Of a stretch of DNA of 31,970 nt, positions 25,651-31,970 are shown piece by piece. The notes beneath the pieces were generated by a model, which did no database searches, was not told where the DNA came from, and was given only the letters and a program-made list of their open reading frames with translations. The translations under genes and the position numbers were made by a program. This stretch comes from a virus, in the IMG/VR virus record IMGVR_UViG_3300045988_119157, positions 1 to 31,970 of that record, one strand, 5' to 3'. Each line of letters begins with the position of its first letter. The first letter of the stretch is position 1.

Positions 25651-26784
25651 ATGAAGCCGTTCGGGGTGCCTCCAATGAACTCCGATGAGCGCCGAGCGGC
25701 GCGCCGAGCACGGCGCGATAACAAAAGGGCCGCAAATCGCTCGGAGCGGATAGAGGGGTGCACGCTCGAATCCATCGCAGATCTCGACAACCTATACCAG
25801 TCGGCGGTCGACGCCTCACGTGGCGTTAGTTGGAAATCGAGCGTCCAGAGGTACATGCTGAGGGTCATGCCGAACATCATGCGCGCACGAAAAGACCTCC
25901 TATCCGGTAAGGACTTCAAGCGCGGATTCATCGAGTTCGACATATTCGAGCGCGGAAAGCTCAGGCACACATGCTCTGTCCATTTCTCAGAGCGAGTCAT
26001 ACAGAAATCTATCAGCAGGCACGCGTTAGCACCGGCGATATGGCCTACGCTGACCGAAGGGTGCGCCGCGAACATAAAGGGGCGCGGCACTGAATATGCC
26101 GTCAGGCGATTAAAGCGCCAACTCGTAAACCATCACAAGAGGCACGGTGAGCGCGGGTACATCCTTCAGGTCGACTTCGCGAACTACTTCGGCAACATCG
26201 ACCACGGAGCTTGCAAGCGCCTTATCGACCGAGCACTTGACGACGATCGGGTTAAATCGGTCGTATTCGACCAGATTGACGCGCACGGGACTCGCGGCCT
26301 TGGTCTCGGCAGCGAGCCAAACCAAGTGCTCGCCGTAGCACTGCCGTCACCAATCGACCACCTCATGCTGTCCACGCCCGGAATCCTCGCAAGTGGCCGC
26401 TATATGGATGACAGCTATTGCATCGCGCTTGAGAAAAACGTTCTGCATGACGCGCTCGAAAGAATCGAATCACTATGCGACGAATTCGGGATTGTCATCA
26501 ACCGGAAGAAGACGAGGATCGTTAAATTGTCTCGCGGATTCGTCTTCCTCAAGAAGAGGTTTTATTTCGGCGACGGCGGCAAGGTAGTCGTGAGGCCATG
26601 CCGAAGCTCCATCACGCGTCAACGCAGGAAGTTGAAGAAGCAGGCGGCGCTCGTCGGTCGCGGCATGATGACCAAGGAACAGGTAAACCAATCCTATCAA
26701 TCGTGGCGCGGCGGCATGAAGCGGCTCGATGCGCACGACACAATACTGCGCATGGTCGCGCTATATAAGGAGCTTTTCGGATGA
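25651..26784 (+). CDS. DGR reverse transcriptase
   Basis: RT motifs are present (LQVDFANYFGNIDH and the YMDD box GRYMDDSYCIA). The ORF is open from 25456 (GTG overlapping the TR end). Candidate ATG starts are at 25618, 25651 and 25675. Confidence 0.85.
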   Translation: MKPFGVPPMNSDERRAARRARRDNKRAANRSERIEGCTLESIADLDNLYQSAVDASRGVSWKSSVQRYMLRVMPNIMRARKDLLSGKDFKRGFIEFDIFERGKLRHTCSVHFSERVIQKSISRHALAPAIWPTLTEGCAANIKGRGTEYAVRRLKRQLVNHHKRHGERGYILQVDFANYFGNIDHGACKRLIDRALDDDRVKSVVFDQIDAHGTRGLGLGSEPNQVLAVALPSPIDHLMLSTPGILASGRYMDDSYCIALEKNVLHDALERIESLCDEFGIVINRKKTRIVKLSRGFVFLKKRFYFGDGGKVVVRPCRSSITRQRRKLKKQAALVGRGMMTKEQVNQSYQSWRGGMKRLDAHDTILRMVALYKELFG

Positions 26785-26863
26785 CGGAGAGCGCATAGAC
26801 AGGCACCAAGCTCCCAGCGATGAACCCGCCGGGGGCTTTTGTTTTCTAGGGAAAGGAGAAAGT

Positions 26864-27310
26864 ATGGCACTGACCGCACAAGAGGAGGCTAAGGTTCGCG
26901 CGATCATCGCGATTTATGATGGCATGGCCCCATCACTGTCAGATGACGTTGCGAGCAATTGCCCGGCGCTGTTTCCGGAATGGAACGGCAATGGCCATGC
27001 ATACGCACGCGGGGAACGAGTTACGAAAGATTCCGTGCTATATGTCTGCCTCCAAAATCATGTGTCACAGGGCGATTGGGCACCGAAGTCATCCAATAGC
27101 CTATGGGCAAAGGTTCTTGAAGCCGGTAACGCAGACACCCCCAGCTCAGAGGTGCCAGCATGGCAGCAGCCGGAATCGACCAACCCGTATCCGCTCGGCG
27201 CTCGCGTAAAGCACAAGGACAAGGTCTGGGAGTCTATTGTCGCCAACAATGTTTGGGAGCCGGGAGCAGTCGGCACCGAGACCGTTTGGCGCGAGGTCGC
27301 GGAGGGATAA
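26864..27310 (+). CDS. Carbohydrate-binding protein with two CBM5/12-like repeats
   Basis: Two repeats follow the pattern W..(n)..Y..G..V......Y.CLQ.H.S...W.P.....LW. They are HAYARGERV...YVCLQNHVSQGDWAPKSSNSLWAKV and NPYPLGARVKHKDKVWESIVANNVWEPGAVGTETVWREV. The RBS is AAAGGAG. Confidence 0.55.
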   Translation: MALTAQEEAKVRAIIAIYDGMAPSLSDDVASNCPALFPEWNGNGHAYARGERVTKDSVLYVCLQNHVSQGDWAPKSSNSLWAKVLEAGNADTPSSEVPAWQQPESTNPYPLGARVKHKDKVWESIVANNVWEPGAVGTETVWREVAEG

Positions 27311-27313
27311 GAG

Positions 27314-27769
27314 ATGGGCGAAAGCATCGTCACGCACGCTGCGGCATTCGGTCCGGAATGGTTTCTCTCAACAGTCGTTATAGTCGGTCTTGGAATCTTC
27401 GCAAAGCTCCTGTTAGACGAGTTCAGGCGCAACAACGAGCGCAAGGCAGAGCTTGAGGCCAAGCGAGACGAGAGGCAGGCAGACTTGGAGTCGCAGCGCG
27501 AGGCGCGCAAGCGCGAAGAGCTGAACGAACGCGCCAAACGCGATAGAGAGCGCTCCGTTATGGAGGGAAGGATCGCCGCTCAGATGGAGCGCAGCAACAA
27601 CATTTCAGAGAGCCTTCAGGCATCCGTCGAGTCTCTTAGGGCATCGAACGCCGCCCTTCATAGCGAGATAAAGGAGTCTCGCGCCCACTCGCACGACATG
27701 GCGAGCAAGGTCGATCACATCTACGACCGCGTTGACCTGATTTATGACAAGGAGAACTGCAATGATTAA
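27314..27769 (+). CDS. Membrane-anchored coiled-coil protein (lysis-associated?)
   Basis: An N-terminal TM (FLSTVVIVGLGIFAKLLL) is followed by a highly charged coiled coil. The gene overlaps the holin start. Confidence 0.45.
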   Translation: MGESIVTHAAAFGPEWFLSTVVIVGLGIFAKLLLDEFRRNNERKAELEAKRDERQADLESQREARKREELNERAKRDRERSVMEGRIAAQMERSNNISESLQASVESLRASNAALHSEIKESRAHSHDMASKVDHIYDRVDLIYDKENCND

Positions 27770-28022
27770 CATTACGACTCGAATCAAGAACAAGACGTTT
27801 TGGCTGACGCTCATCCCGGCTGTGCTCCTGCTTGTTCAGGTGTGCGCGGCTCCGTTCGGATACCAGTGGGATTTCGGCATTCTTAACGAACAGCTCGCAG
27901 CCATCGTCAACGCGCTGTTCGCCGTGCTCGCGATTCTGGGTGTAGTCGTTGACCCAACCACCGCAGGATTCGGGGACTCCAAACGCGCCATGGCTTACGA
28001 AAAGCCCCATACAGATGATTAG
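27762..28022 (+). CDS. Holin (phiLC3-like family resemblance)
   Basis: The product is 86 aa with two TM segments. The C-terminal motif VVDPTTAGFGDS is as in phiLC3-type holins. The RBS AAGGAG has 7-nt spacing. Confidence 0.6.
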   Translation: MINITTRIKNKTFWLTLIPAVLLLVQVCAAPFGYQWDFGILNEQLAAIVNALFAVLAILGVVVDPTTAGFGDSKRAMAYEKPHTDD

Positions 28023-28659
28023 GCTGGTCAATCTGGCAGCATTCCTCGTTGGCGCAATCTCCGGCATGTCCATCTGCGCGGCAATGATTTTCACGGCACC
28101 TCAGAAACCGGCAGAAGAACCGATCCAAATCGTTCAGAATGCCGTAATGGAGGACTCGCCCGCCCCAAGCGTTCCGATCTACTTGCAGACCGATGAGCGA
28201 TGGGGCGGGCTTCCTTATGCCGATGAGACGCTTTCTGTGTCGGGGTGCGGGCTGACGTGCGCCGCGATGGCGTGGAGTTATTTTAGCGGCGATGATTGGA
28301 CGCCAGTCGAGATGCTGAACGCTGTCGGCAATGATTTCGTTCAAGAGGGTCAGAACTACATGCCTGGGTTCTGCTCATGGATGCATGAGCAGGATGCCGA
28401 CATCGCAAGCTCGGTCATTTACGAGGACATGGAACGCGCCCTTGATGATCTTGAAGGTGGATCACTTATCTTCGCTGAGATGCAGGGGCGGCTTGAAGAT
28501 GGCGGGCGAAGTTATGGCGGGCACATCGTCTTGCTGACGGGATTTGACGAAGAGAACGTAATTGTCCACGACCCTTGCAACCCATACGCCGTCACGCTCA
28601 GCTTGGAGCAGATGACGTGCGTTGATTGGGGTTATTTCATTTCTGTTTGGAGGTCTTAA
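28015..28659 (+). CDS. Membrane-anchored C39-like cysteine peptidase (Peptidase_C39_2-type), a putative peptidoglycan endopeptidase
   Basis: An N-terminal TM is followed by the motifs GCGLTCAAMAWSYF and GGHIVLLTGFDEENVIVHDP (Cys...His). The gene sits in the lysis cassette. Confidence 0.6.
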   Translation: MIRLVNLAAFLVGAISGMSICAAMIFTAPQKPAEEPIQIVQNAVMEDSPAPSVPIYLQTDERWGGLPYADETLSVSGCGLTCAAMAWSYFSGDDWTPVEMLNAVGNDFVQEGQNYMPGFCSWMHEQDADIASSVIYEDMERALDDLEGGSLIFAEMQGRLEDGGRSYGGHIVLLTGFDEENVIVHDPCNPYAVTLSLEQMTCVDWGYFISVWRS

Positions 28660-28660
28660 C

Positions 28661-29725
28661 ATGGCGTTAAACGGCATCGACATTTCAGATTACCAGCGCG
28701 GTCTTGATCTTACAAAAGTTCCTTGTGACTTCGTTATATGCAAGGCCACGGAAGGAACGAGCATCGTGCATGACACGTGCGACGGATTCATCCAGACCGC
28801 AAAGAAGCTGGGGAAGAAATGGGGTTTCTACCATTTCTTGAACGCGTCTGACCCGGTTGCTCAGGCAAACTATTTCGTAGCCAACTGCAAAAACTATTTC
28901 ACTGAGGGATTCCCCGCGCTCGACTATGAGATGTACGGTCGAATCGGAACGGACAAGGCGAAGCTGTTTCTCGACCGAGTTTTCGAGCTTACGGGTGTGC
29001 GCTGCGCCGTATATATGTCTCGATCGGTCTGCACCGAGGAAGATTGGAGCGCGATCGCCCCCAATCACGCCCTCTGGGTTGCGCAATATGCGAACACCGA
29101 GCGAACCGGATACCAAGATTCGCCTTGGTTGCCATCAGGCGGCTTCGGCGCGTGGAGCGCGTGCGCATTGCATCAATACACGTCTAACGGCCGTCCGGGC
29201 GGCTATGACGGCCCGCTCGATCTCGACATCGCGCATATGACGCGCGCCGCATGGGACAAATTCTGCAACCCGTCCAAGGCAGTCAAGCCGGAGGTCGATA
29301 CGCCCGGCACCACTGTCCATACGATCGAGGGGACCGCTCTCGAAATCGCTGCCCGAGTCATGCGCGGTGAGTTCGGTGCGGATGATGAGCGCAAGGCCAA
29401 ACTCGGCACCCGCTACGATGAGGTGCAGGACCTCATCAACTACGTCGACCGAACAAGCTGCGAGCAGCTTGCCGACGATGTTGAGCGAGGCATGTTCGGC
29501 GTCAACCCGATTCGCGCCGAAGTTCTCGGCGGCAAGGCGAAGAGTGTCCAGGCGATCGTCAACAAACGCGCCGGAATCTGCGCGGAGTCTGTCTACATCG
29601 TCAAGAGCGGTGACACGTTGAGCGGCATCGGCGCAAAGGTCGGCGTCGAGTGGCAGACCATTGCGAGCAAGAATGGCATCGCCTCTCCTTACACGATTTA
29701 TCCCGGTCAAAAGCTATTCTATTAA
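28661..29725 (+). CDS. Endolysin: GH25 muramidase with a C-terminal LysM domain
   Basis: GH25 motifs are present (NGIDISDYQRGLDL, KATEG, YHF). The C-terminal LysM is YIVKSGDTLSGIGAKVGVEWQTIASKNGI...IYPGQKL. Confidence 0.85.
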   Translation: MALNGIDISDYQRGLDLTKVPCDFVICKATEGTSIVHDTCDGFIQTAKKLGKKWGFYHFLNASDPVAQANYFVANCKNYFTEGFPALDYEMYGRIGTDKAKLFLDRVFELTGVRCAVYMSRSVCTEEDWSAIAPNHALWVAQYANTERTGYQDSPWLPSGGFGAWSACALHQYTSNGRPGGYDGPLDLDIAHMTRAAWDKFCNPSKAVKPEVDTPGTTVHTIEGTALEIAARVMRGEFGADDERKAKLGTRYDEVQDLINYVDRTSCEQLADDVERGMFGVNPIRAEVLGGKAKSVQAIVNKRAGICAESVYIVKSGDTLSGIGAKVGVEWQTIASKNGIASPYTIYPGQKLFY

Positions 29726-29729
29726 CCTC

Positions 29730-29770
29730 AAAGCGGGGCACCCTGGTAAGGGGTGCCCCGCTTTCTTCCG
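29730..29770. terminator. Strong intrinsic terminator, possibly bidirectional. It ends the + strand lysis operon and the - strand moron operon.
   Basis: A perfect 14-bp stem AAAGCGGGGCACCC / GGGTGCCCCGCTTT with a TGGTAA loop is followed by CTTCCGTT. Confidence 0.8.
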
Positions 29771-29794
29771 TTAAATGACACTCTGGCAAGCCGT

Positions 29795-29977
29795 CTATCT
29801 GATGTTTTGCATATCTGCCGAAATGAGCTTCTTGATATAGTCCGTTGTGTTGTCTTGCGACTTCAGCCACTCATACATCTCTTCATCGCTATCACTGTTC
29901 GGATAAAACCGAATGGTAAGCTGCTTGACCTTCTTGCGGTAATTGCTGCTTGCTCGGCGTTGCGCTTCCGTCTGCAT
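29795..29977 (-). CDS. Small ribbon-helix-helix (CopG/Arc-like) protein (60 aa)
   Basis: A basic N-terminal beta strand (KVKQLTIRF) is followed by helices. The sequence is AT-richer than the genome. The gene is last in the - strand operon. Confidence 0.45.
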   Translation of the reverse strand: MQTEAQRRASSNYRKKVKQLTIRFYPNSDSDEEMYEWLKSQDNTTDYIKKLISADMQNIR

Positions 29978-30054
29978 TACTCTCCCTTGCGATTACTGCG
30001 CCAAATCCTGAACGCGATGAATGACACGATGAACGATATAACCAGTGTTTCCAT
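29977..30054 (-). CDS. Putative 25-aa hydrophobic peptide (METLVISFIVSFIAFRIWRSNRKGE)
   Basis: AGGAGGTG lies 5 nt upstream of the ATG. The stop overlaps the RHH gene start as TAATG. The ORF is below the ORF-track cutoff. Confidence 0.25.
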   Translation of the reverse strand: METLVISFIVSFIAFRIWRSNRKGE

Positions 30055-30115
30055 TGCGCACCTCCTGCGATAAAATCGTGAGCGGCGGGGCACCGCCTAA
30101 GCGATGCCCCTTGTG

Positions 30116-30247
30116 CTAAGACCTCTTTGCGTGCTTTCCGGGCTTGCGAGGGGTCTTTTTCTTTAGACGCTCAACTGTTTCATCGGTAACCTTTGCGAGC
30201 ACCACGCCGAGGACCACAAGAAACACGTCCCAAACTCTGTCTTCCAA
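30116..30247 (-). CDS. Small TM protein with a basic C-terminal tail (about 43 aa, TTG start)
   Basis: GGGAGG lies 9 nt upstream of the TTG. The hydrophobic core is VWDVFLVVLGVVLA and the tail is KKKTPRKPGKHAKRS. The longer 30304 ORF-track start would lie inside the promoter. Confidence 0.35.
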   Translation of the reverse strand: MEDRVWDVFLVVLGVVLAKVTDETVERLKKKTPRKPGKHAKRS

Positions 30248-30275
30248 CTGAATCACCTCCCTTCTGACATTTATT

Positions 30276-30304
30276 ATTATAGGGTAGACCTTATATATAC
30301 GCAA
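30276..30304 (-). promoter_or_regulatory. Near-consensus sigma70-type promoter on the - strand (-35 TTGCGT, 17-bp spacer, -10 TATAAT)
   Basis: On the - strand the sequence reads TTGCGT-atatataaggtctaccc-TATAAT. It lies directly downstream of the 215-aa gene stop and upstream of the small-protein operon. Confidence 0.5.
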
Positions 30305-30307
30305 GTT

Positions 30308-30937
30308 CTATTTTGAGGAATGTTGGTTATTGTTTTCCAGCAATCCGACAATCACGAACCAACTGTTAGTTGCCTGAACAATGCAGGTGTCGAGCTGTAT
30401 TGCATGATTGTCTCGTTCAGAGAACTCACGGGAGTTCGCCGTTTCTCTCATCAGCTCCACCATAAGAGAATTAGTCGAACACCTTTGGTAGCAAGGGTGT
30501 TCGGCTTTTTTCTTTGTCGGGTTAAAGTCATCCGGCAGATCATCGAACATGAAGTAAACGGATATGTCCTTGCCGTCGATGTCCACGAATCGAACCCACT
30601 CGTTGAGGATTTCCAAGGGCGTCGTGTCATTTGCAAGGCTGTCGAGCCACAGCAACACGTCATCGACGCTCACCTCGCACGATTCCGATTTCTCGATGGC
30701 GCACAGCCGGGCTTCAAGCTCTGATTTCTGGCGGTTCAGCTCTTCAATGCGCTCCTTGCCGCCGGGAGGCGCGATACCGTCCTCTATCGCATGCCAGATG
30801 CGCTCAAACGTCGTTTCGATGCGCCGTATCTCCTTCTTGATGAAGTAGCTCTCAGGCTTTTCGTCGCTCCCCTGCTCCGCTTCGTACCCGGCGAGCGTTT
30901 CGGCGATGCGGGCGCGGTTAAGCGCTCTGTTCTTCAC
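30308..30937 (-). CDS. Hypothetical 210-aa protein (lysogeny-linked accessory gene) with a coiled-coil and a possible DUF4368-like C-terminus
   Basis: The start is GTG at 30937 or TTG at 30955. The ORF is AT-richer. The segment LEILNEWVRFVDIDGKDISVYFMFDD weakly resembles the C-terminal tail of large serine recombinases. No catalytic domain is present. Confidence 0.5.
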   Translation of the reverse strand: MKNRALNRARIAETLAGYEAEQGSDEKPESYFIKKEIRRIETTFERIWHAIEDGIAPPGGKERIEELNRQKSELEARLCAIEKSESCEVSVDDVLLWLDSLANDTTPLEILNEWVRFVDIDGKDISVYFMFDDLPDDFNPTKKKAEHPCYQRCSTNSLMVELMRETANSREFSERDNHAIQLDTCIVQATNSWFVIVGLLENNNQHSSK

Positions 30938-30943
30938 CTTTGC

Positions 30944-30990
30944 CCCGTGCGCCAACCGCCAAGAAGCCGCACGGGGTTTCTTTTTTATTT
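30944..30990 (+). terminator. Terminator-like hairpin plus T-run, oriented for + strand transcription
   Basis: The stem CCCCGTGCG / CGCACGGGG has a 15-nt loop and is followed by TTTCTTTTTTATTT. It lies between two - strand genes, in the 5' leader of the 215-aa gene. Confidence 0.45.
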
Positions 30991-31392
30991 GAGCAGCTTC
31001 CTATGTCTCTCCAAGTAAGCTCTCCACCTCGTCGTTAGCTGGTACGTGTCCGAATCCCTTACCTCATCAATCGGGAACGGGAATGAGAACACTCCATTTT
31101 CAGCCCTCTCGAACGCTAACAGCGCATCAAACTTATCTCCTATGACTACAGATCCATGCGAATCGAGCGATTCCAAAGCTGCTTGCTTTATTTCTGGCGA
31201 GAATCCCTTGGCGATCGTACGCTTCGGAGCCCAACCAGATAGCTTCTTGCTGATGAAGAAACCCAACATAAAACCAGCGAATAGCGCAATCGCCGTCCAC
31301 AAGATGAATGGCAGACCGTCGCCGTCTGCGAACTGCTCTGCAACCCATTCTGGGTTCAGCCATTGAAGCAGCGTGTTCAAGAACTCAACCAT
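30985..31392 (-). CDS. Membrane protein (135 aa, 1 TM) translationally coupled to the cI-like repressor
   Basis: The start lies 2 nt after the cI TAG stop. The TM segment is LPFILWTAIALFAGFMLGFFI. The C-terminal roughly 85 aa are soluble. Confidence 0.55.
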   Translation of the reverse strand: MVEFLNTLLQWLNPEWVAEQFADGDGLPFILWTAIALFAGFMLGFFISKKLSGWAPKRTIAKGFSPEIKQAALESLDSHGSVVIGDKFDALLAFERAENGVFSFPFPIDEVRDSDTYQLTTRWRAYLERHRKLLK

Positions 31393-31394
31393 GC

Positions 31395-31778
31395 CTATAC
31401 CGCCGCCCGCTCTTTGGCGGCAGATACACCACGTTCGGCAATCTCTTTAGATTCGCCCGCTGCTGCGCGGGCTGTCATGGATATGTTCTGCCTCCATTGC
31501 GGGGTGCTCTCGCGGTAACATCCGACGATTTCGCTCTCTTCAGAGGTCAATCCGCATGATTCAGGCTCACGTGGATGGCTGTCGTACCAACCGCAAAGGT
31601 CGTTTGGGGTGCATTTGAGGGCAACGGAGAGAATACATGCGTCTTCAAGAGTCAGCGCAACTTCGCCACGTTCCCAGGTGGCGTATTTTCTCTCTTTCAT
31701 TCCAAGAAAATCTGCGATTGCTTTCTGGGTTTTAAAACCAGCCGCCTTGCGAATCTCTTTTAAGCGAAGCTTATACAT
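31395..31778 (-). CDS. CI-like repressor with an N-terminal HTH_XRE domain
   Basis: The HTH is QKAIADFLGMKERKYATWERGE. A C-terminal dimerisation-like region is present. The RBS is AGGAGGG. The gene is divergent from cro. Confidence 0.85.
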   Translation of the reverse strand: MYKLRLKEIRKAAGFKTQKAIADFLGMKERKYATWERGEVALTLEDACILSVALKCTPNDLCGWYDSHPREPESCGLTSEESEIVGCYRESTPQWRQNISMTARAAAGESKEIAERGVSAAKERAAV

Positions 31779-31805
31779 ACAGCCCTCCTTATTTCAATGA
31801 TAAGT

Positions 31806-31822
31806 CTACGTGAATCACGTAG
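31806..31822. promoter_or_regulatory. Operator O1: 17-bp perfect palindrome CTACGTGA-A-TCACGTAG
   Basis: Read directly from the sequence. It lies 28 bp upstream of the cI start. Confidence 0.6.
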
Positions 31823-31850
31823 ATAAATCAATTAATTACGTAAATGACGC

Positions 31851-31879
31851 TTGCACGGAACGTGATACACGTTTATAGT
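31851..31879 (+). promoter_or_regulatory. Candidate rightward early promoter (-35 TTGCAC, 17-bp spacer containing O2, -10 TATAGT)
   Basis: The hexamers were matched by eye. The promoter points toward cro across the junction. Confidence 0.35.
31859..31873. promoter_or_regulatory. Operator O2: AACGTG-ATA-CACGTT palindrome between the putative -35 and -10 of the rightward promoter
   Basis: Read directly from the sequence. It shares the ACGTGA...CACGT core with O1 and O3. Confidence 0.55.
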
Positions 31880-31891
31880 CTGTTCTCGGCG

Positions 31892-31904
31892 ACGTGATTC
31901 ACGT
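31892..31904. promoter_or_regulatory. Operator O3: ACGTGA-T-TCACGT (reverse-complement twin of the O1 core)
   Basis: Read directly from the sequence. It lies about 32 bp from the O2 centre. Confidence 0.55.
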
Positions 31905-31916
31905 TGATTACCAATT

Positions 31917-31970
31917 ATCTTTCCACATGGGGAAAGATACGACTTTCCTTGACATGGTCAAAGGAAAGTC
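31917..31970. repeat. Terminal direct repeat, right copy (identical to 1-54)
   Basis: The sequence shows an exact 54-bp identity with the window start. Confidence 0.8.

Noticed and set aside
24815-25688. ORFs 24815-25528 (-), 25234-25632 (-) and 25308-25688 (+) over the avd/TR region
   Set aside because: They overlap the Avd gene and the noncoding DGR template repeat. The TR must be untranslated template RNA.
26822-26850. Possible terminator after the RT (CCCGCCGGGGGCTTTTGTTTTCT)
   Set aside because: A T-run is present but the stem is only about 3 bp, so this is not a convincing intrinsic terminator.
1-31970. Terminal repeats as attL/attR of an integrated prophage
   Set aside because: The repeat lies inside the cI-cro intergenic operator region and int is 3.8 kb away. 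There is no flanking host DNA in the window. A circular-assembly overlap is the simpler explanation.
1-31970. CRISPR array or other interspaced repeat arrays
   Set aside because: No regularly spaced direct repeats with unique spacers were seen. The only long repeats are the DTR, the DGR TR/VR pair and the in-frame SAN coding repeat.

Overview
This window looks like a complete temperate siphovirus-like phage genome of about 31.9 kb. Bases 1-54 are identical to bases 31917-31970, and this repeat splits the divergent cI-like/cro-like switch region. It is therefore most simply an assembly overlap of a circular contig, not attL/attR. GC is high overall. A phage-encoded mIHF/sIHF-family homolog points to an Actinomycetota host, for example Bifidobacterium or Coriobacteriia. 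Nearly all genes are on the + strand; only a moron block and the repressor are on the - strand. The gene order is as follows. Switch and early region: cro-like HTH, several small early ORFs (two Cys-rich), a DUF4373 replisome-organizer-like gene followed by an AT-rich iteron/hairpin region (ori candidate), DUF3310, two tiny membrane ORFs and a tyrosine integrase. Replication/regulation and packaging: a zinc-ribbon ORF, an mIHF-like protein, SSB, dUTPase, a sigma70-region-4-like regulator, a terminator, a phage tRNA-Ser(GCU) and HNH-TerS-TerL. Head module (HK97-like): portal, prohead protease, major capsid, connector, head closure and gp10-like protein. Tail module: tail terminator, major tail protein, tail chaperone with an apparent +1 frameshift extension, tape measure, Dit, Tal and a BppU-like fibre protein with a long (S-A-N-x-A-A-S)n repeat. 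The strongest feature is a complete diversity-generating retroelement (DGR). It comprises a target gene with a C-terminal VR (24672-24799), avd, a TR (25336-25463) carrying 11 adenine-specific differences, and an RT with a YMDD box. Downstream come a tandem CBM5/12-like protein and a lysis cassette: a TM/coiled-coil protein, a phiLC3-like holin, a membrane-anchored C39-like peptidase and a GH25+LysM endolysin, ending in a strong terminator. On the - strand lie a sigma70-promoter-driven small-protein operon (small TM protein, 25-aa TM peptide, RHH protein), a 215-aa protein of unknown function, a 1-TM membrane protein translationally coupled to the cI stop, and the cI-like repressor. The cI-linked pair is a Rex-like, lysogen-expressed accessory locus and a candidate for an uncharacterized exclusion/defence function. 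Many long antisense ORFs in the GC-rich structural genes were ignored as shadow ORFs.
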